From: Candidatus Nealsonbacteria bacterium DGGOD1a
Lineage (GTDB): Bacteria; Patescibacteriota; Minisyncoccia; Minisyncoccales; UBA5738
Length of the DNA: 64,000 nt
Direction: 5' to 3'
NCBI GenBank assembly: GCA_022530585.1
Contig: CP092821.1
Coordinates: 753,931-817,930 of the forward strand
Position 1 is the first letter of the stretch. Each line of letters opens with the position of its first letter. The notes under the pieces are model-generated. The model had not been told where the DNA came from and searched no databases. It saw nothing but the letters and a program-made list of their open reading frames with translations. This document shows, piece after piece, positions 35,498 through 46,600 of the stretch. The position numbers were made by a program, and so were the translations under genes.

Positions 35498-36697
35498 TTA
35501 CTTTACTATCTTGGTTACCACGCCCGCACCCACGGTTTTGCCGCCTTCGCGGATGGCGAATTTGGATTTCTCTTCCAGCGCGATCGGATTGATCAATTTC
35601 ACATTGAAAGTGACCGTATCGCCGGGCATCACCATTTCAACTCCGGGATTCAAAGTTACCTCGCCGGTCACATCGCAGGTGCGAACATAAAACTGTGGCT
35701 TGTAACCGCTGAAGAACGGAGTGTGGCGGCCGCCTTCTTCCTTGGTCAAAATGTAAACTTCGGAAGCGAATTCGGTGTGGGGAGTGATCGAGCCGGTCTT
35801 GGCAAGCACCTGGCCGCGTTCAACATCTTCCTTTTTCAATCCGCGCAACAAAATACCCACATTGTCGCCCGCCCGGCCCTCATCCAAAATTTTCTGGAAC
35901 ATTTCGATCGAAACCGCCGTGCTCTTGGAGGTGGGTTTGATGCCAACCAATTCAATTTCTTCGTTGGCATGCACGATGCCGCGTTCGATTCTGCCCGTTG
36001 CCACGGTTCCGCGGCCGGCGATCGAAAACACATCTTCCACGGCCATCAGGAAAGGCTTGTCGGTGTCGCGCACCGGCTCGGGGATATACTCGTCAACTTT
36101 ATTCATTAAATCAAGGATCGGTTTCACCGCCGGATCATCAACGGTTTTCGCGTCAAGCGCTTTCAGCGCGGACCCGCGCACGAAAGGAATTTCATCTCCG
36201 GGGAAATGGTATTTCTTCAATAATTCACGCACTTCGGATTCCACCAAATCAATCATTTCCGGATCATCCACCATATCGCATTTGTTCAGAAACACCACCA
36301 AGGACGGCAAACCGACTTGGTGCGCCAGCAAAATGTGCTCGCGGGTTTGCGGCATCGCGCCGTCATTGGCGGAAACCACCAAAATACCGCCATCCATCTG
36401 CGCCGCGCCGGTGATCATATTTTTGATGTAATCGGCATGTCCCGGGCAATCAATGTGGGCATAGTGTCTTTTGTCGGTCTCATACTCCAAATGCGCGATG
36501 TTAATCGTCACGCCGCGCTGTTTCTCTTCGGGAGCCGAATCGATCTGATCGATTGACTTCATCGCCACCTTGTTTCCTTTCAAGTTTAAGGAATGCAAAA
36601 TCGCCGCGCTCAAAGTGGTCTTGCCATGGTCGACATGGCCGATGGTGCCAATGTTCAAATGAGATTTGCCTCTGACGAATTTTTCTTTTTCTGCCAT
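35498..36697 (-). CDS. tuf: elongation factor Tu
   Basis: 399 aa; [27 protein letters not shown]. Confidence 0.95.
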   Translation of the reverse strand: MAEKEKFVRGKSHLNIGTIGHVDHGKTTLSAAILHSLNLKGNKVAMKSIDQIDSAPEEKQRGVTINIAHLEYETDKRHYAHIDCPGHADYIKNMITGAAQMDGGILVVSANDGAMPQTREHILLAHQVGLPSLVVFLNKCDMVDDPEMIDLVESEVRELLKKYHFPGDEIPFVRGSALKALDAKTVDDPAVKPILDLMNKVDEYIPEPVRDTDKPFLMAVEDVFSIAGRGTVATGRIERGIVHANEEIELVGIKPTSKSTAVSIEMFQKILDEGRAGDNVGILLRGLKKEDVERGQVLAKTGSITPHTEFASEVYILTKEEGGRHTPFFSGYKPQFYVRTCDVTGEVTLNPGVEMVMPGDTVTFNVKLINPIALEEKSKFAIREGGKTVGAGVVTKIVK

Positions 36698-36799
36698 AGG
36701 TTTTTTGTTATAAATATAGTTAAAAACTTAAATTAAAAAATACAAAAAATCGCAACAATCTTATTTTACTCATTTTCGGGAAAAAGTCAAATCCCTTGC

Positions 36800-36948
36800 G
36801 AAAAATCCGAAACCCGAAGCACGAAATCCGAAACAAATCCGAATTTTCAAAATTATAATGCTCAAAACGGGCATTAAATTCGTTTTGAAAATTTAAAAAT
36901 TCGTGCTTGTTTCGAATTTCGATATTCGATATTCGAAATTGTTTTAAT
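36800..36948. repeat. family B palindromic element within the 251-bp fusA-tuf spacer
   Basis: ACGAAATCCGAAACAAATCCGAATTTTCAAAATTATAATGCTCAAAACGGG...GTGCTTGTTTCGAATTTCGATATTCGATATTCGAAAT. Confidence 0.85.
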
Positions 36949-39057
36949 TTACTTCCTCTTCCCCGAAATAACTTCTTGGGCGACATTGCCGGGAACTTCT
37001 TCGTAATGGTCGAATTCCATCGTGAATGTTCCCCGGCCCTGCGTCAGCGAACGCAGATTCGTGGCATAACCGAACATTTCCGCCAGCGGCACTTTCACAT
37101 TGATGATTTTGCTTTCCATCTGGTCGTCGGAATTTTCAATCTTGCCGCGGCGCGACGACAGATCGCCGATCACATCTCCGAAAAATTCTTCGGGAATCGT
37201 CACCTCCAATTTCATTATCGGTTCAAGCAATATCGGATTGGCTTTTCTGGCCGCGGTTTGCAACGCCATCGAGCCGGCAATCTTAAACGCCATTTCCGAC
37301 GAATCAACTTCGTGGAACGAACCGTCGTATAGCGTCGCTTTCATATCCACCATCGGATAACCGGCCACCACGCCCTTGGCCATGGCTTCCTCAATGCCTT
37401 TCTCGGTCGGTTTGATATATTCTTTGGGAATGACGCCGCCTTTGATCTCGTCCGCGAATTCAAATCCTTCGCCGCGTTCCTTGGGCTCGAGCCTGATCCA
37501 TACATCGCCGTACTGGCCGCGGCCGCCGGATTGCTTGACGAATTTACCCTGCGCTTCGGAATTGGTTTTGATGGTTTCTTTGTATGCCACCTGCGGGCGT
37601 CCCACATTGGCTTCAACTTTAAATTCGCGGCGCATCCGATCAACCAAAATATCCAGATGCAATTCGCCCATGCCGCGGATAATAATCTCGTTTGTTTCCT
37701 GGTCGGTTTCCACGCGGAAAGTCGGATCCTCATCGGACAGCTTCTTCAACGCGAAACCCATCTTCTCCTGATCGGCTTTGGTTTTGGGCTCGATGCGAAT
37801 CGAAATAACCGGCTCCGGAAAAGTAATCTTTTCAAGAATGATCGGATGGTTTTCGTCGGAAAGGGTGTGCCCGGTGGAAGTGTTTTTCAAGCCAACGGTC
37901 GCGGCAATATCGCCGGCATACACATCATCGATCTCGGTACGGTCATTGGCATACATCCGCAACAAACGGCCGATCCTTTCCTTCTCTCCCGTGGTCGTGT
38001 TTAAAACATAGGACCCTTTTTTCAAATAACCCGAATAAACCCGGAAGAATGTCAGCGTCCCGACATACGGATCCGCCGCCACTTTAAACGCCAGCGCCGT
38101 GAACGGTTCATCGTCGGAAGGTCCGCGCAAAACTTCGGCCTCGCCCTTCACCTCCATACCTTTCACCGGCGGCAAATCCAAAGGACTGGGCAAGTAATGG
38201 CAAACCGCGTCAAGCACCGGCTGAACGCCGGTGTTTTTCAGGGACGAACCATAAAATACCGGAATGATCGTTCCCTTCATCGTGGCCGCGCGCAAAACCC
38301 GGCGCAGATCGTTCAAAGCGATTTCTTCCCCGGCCAGATAGCTGTTCATTAAAGTTTCATCTTCCGCCACGATCTTTTCAATCAATTTGGCGCGCCATTC
38401 ATTGGCCATTTCCACCATATCCGCCGGAATTTCTTCCTCAACCACATCTTGGCCGTTATCGCCGTTAAAACGCACCGCTTTCATCGTCAGCAGATCAACC
38501 ACGCCGCTCAACGCGCTTTCTTCTCCGATCGGAATATTCGCGGCCACGGCGTTTTTGTTCAATTTTTTCCAAATGGACTGCAAACTGCGTTCAAAGCTGG
38601 CGCCTGTCCTATCCATCTTATTGATGAAACAGATGCGCGGCACGGAATATTTGTCTGCCTGGCGCCATACGGTCTCGGATTGCGGCTGGACACCCGCGAC
38701 GCCGTCAAACACCACCACCGCGCCGTCCAGAACGCGCAAAGCGCGCTGCACTTCGGCGGTAAAGTCGATGTGTCCGGGGGTATCGATAATATTAAAACGG
38801 TGTTCGTTGGTTTTCTGCTTGCTTAAATATTCGCCCGGAGACCAGAAACAGGTCGTTGCCGCCGAAGTGATGGTAATGCCGCGCTCGCGCTCCTGCGCCA
38901 TCCAGTCCATAATGGCCGCGCCTTCGTGCACCTCGCCGATCTTGTGCGACAAGCCGGTGTAAAACAAAATCCGCTCGGATGTGGTGGTTTTGCCGGCATC
39001 GATATGAGCGATTACGCCGAAATTGCGATATTTTTCAATTGGAGCAAGTCTTGCCAT
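36949..39057 (-). CDS. fusA: elongation factor G
   Basis: Start reset to [25 protein letters not shown] (the upstream 8 codons of the track ORF lie in a repeat). About 702 aa. Confidence 0.95.
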   Translation of the reverse strand: MARLAPIEKYRNFGVIAHIDAGKTTTSERILFYTGLSHKIGEVHEGAAIMDWMAQERERGITITSAATTCFWSPGEYLSKQKTNEHRFNIIDTPGHIDFTAEVQRALRVLDGAVVVFDGVAGVQPQSETVWRQADKYSVPRICFINKMDRTGASFERSLQSIWKKLNKNAVAANIPIGEESALSGVVDLLTMKAVRFNGDNGQDVVEEEIPADMVEMANEWRAKLIEKIVAEDETLMNSYLAGEEIALNDLRRVLRAATMKGTIIPVFYGSSLKNTGVQPVLDAVCHYLPSPLDLPPVKGMEVKGEAEVLRGPSDDEPFTALAFKVAADPYVGTLTFFRVYSGYLKKGSYVLNTTTGEKERIGRLLRMYANDRTEIDDVYAGDIAATVGLKNTSTGHTLSDENHPIILEKITFPEPVISIRIEPKTKADQEKMGFALKKLSDEDPTFRVETDQETNEIIIRGMGELHLDILVDRMRREFKVEANVGRPQVAYKETIKTNSEAQGKFVKQSGGRGQYGDVWIRLEPKERGEGFEFADEIKGGVIPKEYIKPTEKGIEEAMAKGVVAGYPMVDMKATLYDGSFHEVDSSEMAFKIAGSMALQTAARKANPILLEPIMKLEVTIPEEFFGDVIGDLSSRRGKIENSDDQMESKIINVKVPLAEMFGYATNLRSLTQGRGTFTMEFDHYEEVPGNVAQEVISGKRK

Positions 39058-39190
39058 AAAAATACAAAATGTAAAAATCAAAAATCAAAATGACAATGCA
39101 AAATTTAAAAATGCCGCGATATGGACATTTTACAACTCTGCGTTGTCATTTTCCATTTTGATTTTTCAATTTTAAATTTAATAATATTCC
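39058..39190. repeat. family E palindromic element (rpsG-fusA spacer)
   Basis: AAAATGTAAAAATCAAAAATCAAAATGACAATGCAAAATTTAAAAATGCCGCGATATGGACATTTTACAAC...GTTGTCATTTTCCATTTTGATTTTTCAATTTT. Confidence 0.8.
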
Positions 39191-39238
39191 GCAAAAAACG
39201 GAAAGGCGATGTCCGCCTTTCCGTTTTTTCTTTTAAAA

Positions 39239-39706
39239 TTAAAACTTGAAATGTGCGAACGCTCGGTTTGCCTCGGCCATACGGTGCGTATCCTCTTTTT
39301 TCTTGATGGCCACGCCCGTGTTATTGGCCGCGCCGATCAGCTCCTCGGCCAATTTGATCTTCATCGGCTGGCCCTTCTTTTTGCGCGCCGATTCAAGCAG
39401 CCAGCGAACCGCCAGCGCCTGTCCCCTTTCCTTGACCACCGGTTTGGGCACTTGATAGGTCGCGCCGCCGACGCGCTGGGATTTAACTTCCAAAAGCGGG
39501 CGGGCGTTTTCCAAAGCCAAATTGAAAACTTCCAGCGGATCTTTCTGGGTTTTCTCTTTCATTATATCCAAAGCGCCGTAAACGATCTTCTTGGCCGCGT
39601 TCTTCTTGCCCTTTTTCATTATGTGATTAATGATCTGGGAAATTAAAACGCTGTTATAAATCGCGTCCGGAGCAATTTCTTTTTTTGTATTTTTCTTGCC
39701 GCTCAT
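39239..39706 (-). CDS. rpsG: 30S ribosomal protein S7
   Basis: 155 aa; [23 protein letters not shown] ... AHFKF. Confidence 0.9.
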   Translation of the reverse strand: MSGKKNTKKEIAPDAIYNSVLISQIINHIMKKGKKNAAKKIVYGALDIMKEKTQKDPLEVFNLALENARPLLEVKSQRVGGATYQVPKPVVKERGQALAVRWLLESARKKKGQPMKIKLAEELIGAANNTGVAIKKKEDTHRMAEANRAFAHFKF

Positions 39707-39859
39707 AATAAGCTAAATTCGAAACACGAAGCTCGAAATCCGAAACAAATCCGAATGTTCAAAATTATAATGTTCAAAACGGGTATTGAATTCGTTTCGA
39801 AATTTGAAAATTCGTGCTTGTTTCGAGTTTCGATATTCGAGATTCGAAATTAGAAATTT
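39707..39859. repeat. family B palindromic element (rpsL-rpsG spacer)
   Basis: CTCGAAATCCGAAACAAATCCGAATGTTCAAAATTATAATGTTCAAAACGGG...GTGCTTGTTTCGAGTTTCGATATTCGAGATTCGAAAT. Confidence 0.85.
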
Positions 39860-40270
39860 TTACTTGCCCTTTTTGACTCCGTACTTGGAACGCTCCTGCT
39901 TGCGTTTTTCCACTCCGGTGCAATCAAGCTTGCCGCGCACGATATGGTAGCGCACGCCCGGCAAATCTTTCACGCGGCCGCCGCGAATCAAAACGATGGA
40001 ATGTTCTTGCAATTTGTGGCCTTCGCCCGGGATATAAGCCGTGACTTCCATGCCGTTGGTGAGCTTCACCCTGGCCACCTTGCGCAACGCCGAATTCGGT
40101 TTCTTGGGAGTCGAAGTAAACACTTTGGTGCAAATGCCGCGCTTCAAAGGCGAACTGTAATTCCGGCCCCGATTTTTCAAAGTGTTGAAACCAAACGCCA
40201 GCGCCGGCGATTTGGTTTTATGCACGCGCTTCGTCCTTTTGTGTTTTATCAGTTGATGAATGGTTGCCAT
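39860..40270 (-). CDS. rpsL: 30S ribosomal protein S12
   Basis: 136 aa; [12 protein letters not shown] ... [19 protein letters not shown]. Confidence 0.95.
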   Translation of the reverse strand: MATIHQLIKHKRTKRVHKTKSPALAFGFNTLKNRGRNYSSPLKRGICTKVFTSTPKKPNSALRKVARVKLTNGMEVTAYIPGEGHKLQEHSIVLIRGGRVKDLPGVRYHIVRGKLDCTGVEKRKQERSKYGVKKGK

Positions 40271-40404
40271 CTTAACAAATTTAAAATTAAAAAATCAAAA
40301 TTAAAAATTTTGGAGTTATATATCCCCCAAACAGAATATAATTACCACATTAAAAAACAAAAGTCAAACTTTCCCGGAGCAATCCCTCACTGGGAACGGA
40401 ATTT

Positions 40405-40508
40405 CAAGGGTCTATCCCTCGTTAATGCGAGGGTTAGACCCTTGAAATTCACCCCGAATGCTTTCTTGCCAGGGTCTAACCCCTGCGATTACACAGGGGA
40501 TAGACCCT
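40405..40508. repeat. two tandem family H hairpins (GGGTCTA.CCC / GGG.TAGACCC)
   Basis: 40405-40444 is CAAGGGTCTATCCCTCG-TTAAT-GCGAGGGTTAGACCCTTG. 40471-40508 is AGGGTCTAACCCCTGCGATTACACAGGGGATAGACCCT, which matches the reverse complement of 8746-8783. Confidence 0.85.
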
Positions 40509-40571
40509 TAAAATACAAACCCCAGTGAGGGGTTACTTCCCGGAAACAACCGCTTCGCCAGATCTAAAATT

Positions 40572-40614
40572 AAAGGGGTCTAACCCTCGCGGTAACGAGG
40601 GATAGACCCCTTTA
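40572..40614 (-). terminator. family H hairpin acting as the probable terminator of the giant fibre gene
   Basis: AAAGGGGTCTAACCCTCG-CGGTAA-CGAGGGATAGACCCCTTT; on the minus strand it is followed by TTTAATTTTAG. A further 8-bp hairpin CGAAGGTT/AACCTTCG lies at 40626-40651, right after the stop. Confidence 0.5.
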
Positions 40615-40659
40615 ATTTTGTGGCGCGAAGGTTAGACCTTTGAAACCTTCGAAATCGCG

Positions 40660-43600
40660 TTAAAGGCTTTCCCCGCTTTCGGAGACATCTTCGCTCCCTC
40701 CGACAGATTCGGATATTTCTTCTTCGGATACTTCTTCTCCAGATACTTCTTCTCCAGATACTTCTTCCGAAACTGTATCGTCCGCGGTTTCCTCCTCTTC
40801 CAACTCTTCGCCGTCCGCGGCGGGATCAATCGTTTCTTGCGCCGCTTCGCTTGCCGCATCGCTTTTGTCATTTTCGTCTTCCGCCGCGCCTTCCTCGTCA
40901 TCGGCGCTATCGGAAGACCCCGTGTTCTCGACAGAATCGCCAGCGGGCGCAGGATCGCCTTCGTTTGAAGATTGGCCATTGTTATTTTCCAAATTTCCGG
41001 CGGCGGAACCTGTCTCCGGCGATTCGCTTGATCCCGTATTTTGGGCCGGTTCGTCGCCGCAAGCCCCCTCGGTTTTTTCCCAAACGCCATTCTCGATCCA
41101 AGTGCAATAGACTTCTCCGGTCGCTTTATCCACCATTTCCAATTGCTCGACCCGCGCGGTCTTGGCGCTGAAAGTTTCCACCACCACCCTTCGCAAGCTG
41201 GCCGCGCCATCATAAATCGCCAGCCCCAAAGATTCCAAGATATTTCTCACCTTGGCCAGCAAACTGTTTTCGGATTCTTCCGCCGAATCAACAGTCGTGG
41301 TGGAATTTATCAACCCTTGTTCGGTCAACTGCAAACTTATATTGTCAATCCGCGATTGCTGGGCTTTGGCCACTTCCAACAGATAGGCGGTGAATTTGGG
41401 ATAATCAAGCGACAGATAGCCGCTGGCGTTTTGGCCGACAAGTTCGGGCATCACCGCCTGCACTTCCTGCGCGATCATACCGATCTCGCGCTGGGCACCA
41501 AGATTCTTGGCCGCGTCCAGAGAAGTGTCCCAGTTATAATAAATGCCGCGCAGTTTGCTCAAATTTCCGATCACATCCATCTCGTCGGCAATCGATCCGA
41601 TATTGATTTTCAGCCGGATATCCGACGATGAATTGGTCAATACGCCGTCGGCATCCGAATACACCGCGCGATTGCCCTCGCCGGCAAGCGTCCCAATCCC
41701 CACATTGCCGGCCCCGTCGATGCGCAGGCGTTCGGCAATCGCCGCCCCGCCCGTTCTGGTCCAGAAAGTCAATGCCGATGTTTCACTCCCCGATGTTGCC
41801 GTGGTCAAAAGATTGCCAATCCGGCCCGTGAGCTCATCCGTCCCCGCGCTGTCTTCGGCGTAAAAATTAATTAACCCGCCAATGCCGTCCGCCGCCGTGC
41901 CCGAAGTTTGCCGCCGCAAGCGCAAAACCTCCGCCACGGTATCGGTGGTAGCGGGATTGATGGACAGATACCCGGCAATGCCATTCGTGGAACCGCCGTA
42001 AACACCAAAGCTGTTCGTGGAATTGCCGTAAACGCCATAGCCATTCGTGGAACCGCCGTAAACACCAACATTGTTCGCGGAAAGGCCATAAATGCCATAG
42101 TTGTTCGTAGAACTGCCATAAATGCCATAGCTGTTCGTGGAATTGCCGTAAACGCCAAAGCTGTTCGTGGAACCGCCACGGACACCATAGCTGTTCGTGG
42201 AAAAGAAATTACCCGCGTAATAGGTTCTTCCCCGAATCACATAGCGCAGGCGAACATCGGTATTCGTCCAGCTGGCGCCGTCGGCAGAAGTCGCGCCCAT
42301 ATTTGACGACGCATCCGAATCCAAAATAATGTTCCCGCCCGTCGGCGCGGCGCTATATTTCAACACCAGCCAGTATTTTGTCCCGCTTACCATCGTGTAG
42401 CTCGTGCCCATCGACAAGATTTGATAACTTGTTGTGAGCGTGCCGAATTTAACGCTATTGCCTGTCGCCAGCGCGGCCCCGGTTGGTTTTGACGGCGAAC
42501 CGCCGTCATCGGCGTAAATGTAGCCGGTGAGAGTTGCCGTGGTATTGGTAATATCCGCGCTTTCCTTAACCCTGACGGTGAAATCACCCATTGTGTGCGC
42601 GTCGCTGGCGGTAAATTGCACCGCCTGATACATTGTCGCCATTGTCGCGTCCGTGCCGGTGAACGCCGAACCGTCCTGCAAATCAGACGCGGTTTGCGAC
42701 GCGTTAATCGACGGATAGGTTTCCTGATTAACCGTCTGCGCCGAATTGATATTCCCGGCCACATCCAACTTATACCCCGCCGCCGGACTCGTCGTGCCGA
42801 TGCCGACATTGCCGTTACCTAAAAGAGTCATTACCGTTGTTTGCCCAGTAAAAGGCGCAACACCTCCATCATGTACCCTAAATTGCATATTATTTGCCGC
42901 ACCTCCACCGCCCTGAAGACCGTTTGAATAGATTGAATTATAGCGAACATCGGAGTCCGATCTTCCCATACGAATCTGTTCAACTGTTTGGCCAATAGTT
43001 GTTGCCGCGCGTGAATATATAGTTCCTACTACATCAAGTTTCTGCACTGGACTCGTCGTCCCAATCCCGACATTGCCGGAAGAATCAATGCGCAGGCGTT
43101 CGTCCCAGCTTCCCGCGTTTCTTGTCGCGAATGCCAGCGCGCCGCTTTGCGCTCCATCCGCATGGCTCACGCCCACCAAATCAATGCCGGCAACGGTTTG
43201 CACCGCGCCGCTTAAATTCGCCTGCCCGAAAGCAAGACCGATGGTATTGTTGGCGGTGGTATCGGTATTCACGATCCCCAGCAAACTCGCGTCGCCGATA
43301 TCCGTGCTGGAATTTGCCCCGGCAACATTAAACTTGTAATTCGGCGTTGTCGTGCCGATGCCCAGGCGGCTGTTGGTATCATCCCAATACATTCCGTCAA
43401 ACGCGGTCCACGCGCCGGCGTTGTTGTAGAGCAGTTGGCCTTCCGCGCCCGAAGGCAGAGCGCCGCCCGCGGTAAGATTGACGCCGTTCCAAACCAAATT
43501 GCCCGAAACATTGTAGAGCCTGTCGACAATCGTTTCCGGCGCGGTGGTCTGCGCCAACCGCAACCGCCCGTTCACATCCAACAACTCCGCCGGCGTTGTC

Positions 43601-46600
43601 GTGCCGATGCCAATATTGCCTTTCAATATTGTTTTAGTGATTGAATCATTACCCAGCACTACGCTGTCAGAACCGGCTCCCGTAGCATTATAACCAATAA
43701 CAATTTCATTAGTATCGCCATCGGCCAACGCTTTAGTGTTTGTTCCCAAGTAAATTGAATAACCAGATGTTTTATTATTATCAGAACCATCGGAAATATA
43801 TCTGCCGGCATTATTGCCAAAAGCCGAATTATACGCGCCAGTAGTGTTGTTTAGCAAGGAGTTGGTTCCAAGCGCAGTATTATAATATCCCGAAGTATTA
43901 TAGCGAAGGGAATAGCGTCCGACGGCAATGTTATTATAACCGGTAGTATTATCCCTAAGAGAACTGCTTCCTATACCAACAAGAAAAGATGACTGATTAA
44001 CATTCGACGCGGTGCTCCCTGTCGTTAAATTACCGGCACCTGACCCCAAAAAAAGATTATCGCCGCTGGGCGTAACTATTCCATTATTGCCATACTCAAA
44101 ATTGTGCAAAAATATTGCACCGTTTTTGGTGATCATCCCGAACTGGTTGGTATTGGTAGTGTTATCCAAATCCAAATTCCCCGCGGCAACATCCAACTTG
44201 TCCCCCGGCGCGGTCGTGCCGATGCCCAGCCTGTTGGTGGCATTATCCCAATACATTCCATCAAACGCGGTCCACGCGCCGGCGTTGTTGTAGAGCAGTT
44301 GGCCTTCCGCGCCCGAAGGCAGGGCGCCGCCCGCGGTGAGATTAACCCCGTTCCAAACCAAATTGCCCGAAACATTGTAGAGCTTGTCGGTTGTCGTTGC
44401 CGGCGCGGTGGTTTGCGCCAAGCGCAGGCGCCCATTCACATCCAGCAACTCCGCCGGACTCGTCGTGCCGATGCCGACATTACCGGTGCTTCCGTCCATT
44501 CTTACAATTTCGCTTGTTATACCCGAATCACCCCCACCAAAAAATGCCAGTGATCCCTTTCCGCTCGCGCTAATATAATTCCTAATCGCCCCATAAGAAA
44601 AGCCATTAACAACTTTAAATAACAATTGATTATACTCACCTACATTATTAATATCGGATTCCAAAGTTAAAAGCGTTGTATCTGTTACGGCGGTATTATT
44701 AACATGTAGCGTTGATCCCGGCGTCGTCGTCCCAATGCCGACATTGCCGCCTAATGGTTGTAAGGCAATATCCCGAGTAGTATTACCGCTGGTGCGCGCT
44801 TGTATCCAATAAGGGTAAGGGCTGGCATTTAACAACCCCATGGCTAGTTCAGATCCCTCTGATCTAAATATAGTTCCAGCAGTCGCACCCCAAGTTAAAG
44901 AAGCAGCTGTAGTACTAGGAGCTGCCACATGAAGCGTTGCGGCAGGACTCGTGATCCCGATACCCACATTGCCCTGAATTATCATTGACCCTGCCCCCGG
45001 ATCAGTACCAACATAACCATTACCCAAAGAAAGACCACCCGTAGAATTTAATCGCAATTTCTCCGTCCTTGATGTGCTTCCCAAAGCTGTGGTTTCAAAA
45101 CCAATATATACCCCGTGAGCGCTGGTAGTAAATGATTCGGCGGCATAACCAAATATCCCTGCGTTATTAGCCAACGCTGTGCCATCCCAACCGCCCCAGC
45201 CAAAGAACCCCATTCTGTCCCCAGTGCTCAAAGCCAAAGGTTCTGAAACAGTACCTCCATAACGGCGGAAAAAAAATTGCGATCCAGCTGAGGCGATATT
45301 GCTGTATGTATCAACCCCGATTTGCGCGGTGGTACCATTATTAACTACATGAAGTTGACCTAACGGTTCCGTCGTGCCGATGCCCAGGCGCGAGTTGGTA
45401 TCATCCCAATACAAGCCGGAAAACGCGGTCCACGCGCCGGCGTTGTTGTAGAGCAGTTGGCCTTCCGCGCCCGAAGGCAAAGCGCCGCCCGCGGTAAGAT
45501 TGACGCCGTTCCAAACCAAATTGCCCGAAACATTGTAGAGCCTGTCGACAATCGTTTCCGGCGCGGTGGTCTGCGCCAACCGCAACCGCCCGTTCACATC
45601 CAACATTTCCGCCGGACTGGTCGTCCCAATGCCAACATTTCCGCTATTATCTATTCTTAACCTTTCACTCATTGAGCCATCAGTTTTCCCAGTCTTCAAC
45701 ATAAATACAGTTCCGCCACCAGACTCTCTTAATGAAGTTAGCTCGGAAGAACCGTAACCCGCACCAGTTGTGGCGCTGTTAGTAAATTTCAGAGTCGTGG
45801 CTGTATTCGCTGTTGCAAAGTTAGAACGCAACTGGAGAATAGTCGTTTCTGCACCCGCAGCACCTCTAACAACCTCAAGTGGGTTCCCCGGACTCGTCGT
45901 CCCGATGCCGACATTGCCGGCACTCGAAATTCGCATTGCTTCGGTGCTACTGGCCGAAAAAGAAAGGTCTCCATTAGACTGACGAGCGATTATTACATCA
46001 GCCAATGCTGACCCCGAACCAAGCTGTAATTGGCCAGTTAAAAGTTGCGCACCAGCAAAACCCCCCAGCGACGAAGTCTTTGCCGTTATAGCGCCCACCA
46101 CATTTATGCTCCCCGTAGCACCTGCAGCGAACCCGGTACCGACCTGCAATGTATACTCCGGACTCGTCGTACCAATACCTAGCCGGCTGTTGGTATCATC
46201 CCAATGCAGGCCGGAGAACGCGGTCCACGCGCCGGCGTTGTTGTAGAGCAGTTGGCCTTCCGCGCCCGAAGGCAGGGCGCCGCCCGCGGTGAGATTGACG
46301 CCGTTCCAAACCAAATTGCCCGAAACATTGTAGAGCTTGTCGGCAATCGTTTCCGGCGCGGTGGTCTGCGCCAACCGCAACCGCCCGTTCACATCCAGCA
46401 ACTCCGCCGGACTCGTCGTGCCGATGCCGACATTACCGAGATTATCTATGGTCATTCTTGTCGCAGCACTTTCACCGTTGTTTCGTGTGCCAAATTTCAA
46501 ACCAAAACTATAATCTCCATCTGTCGCGTTAACTTTGTATCCTCTAATATAAGGAGCGCCGTCCAAGAAAGACCCGCCGCTAGTATATTTTCCAGTAAAA

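Noticed and set aside
35456-36431. Several 130-220-aa plus-strand ORFs (35456-36109, 35775-36431, 35998-36414).
   Set aside because: All are antisense to tuf, the most conserved gene in the window.
24200-39859. The regularly recurring intergenic repeats could be a CRISPR array or CRISPR-like structure.
   Set aside because: The repeats are 80-150 nt palindromes from several different families and occur in both orientations. They are separated by conserved protein-coding genes rather than short unique spacers, and no cas genes are present.
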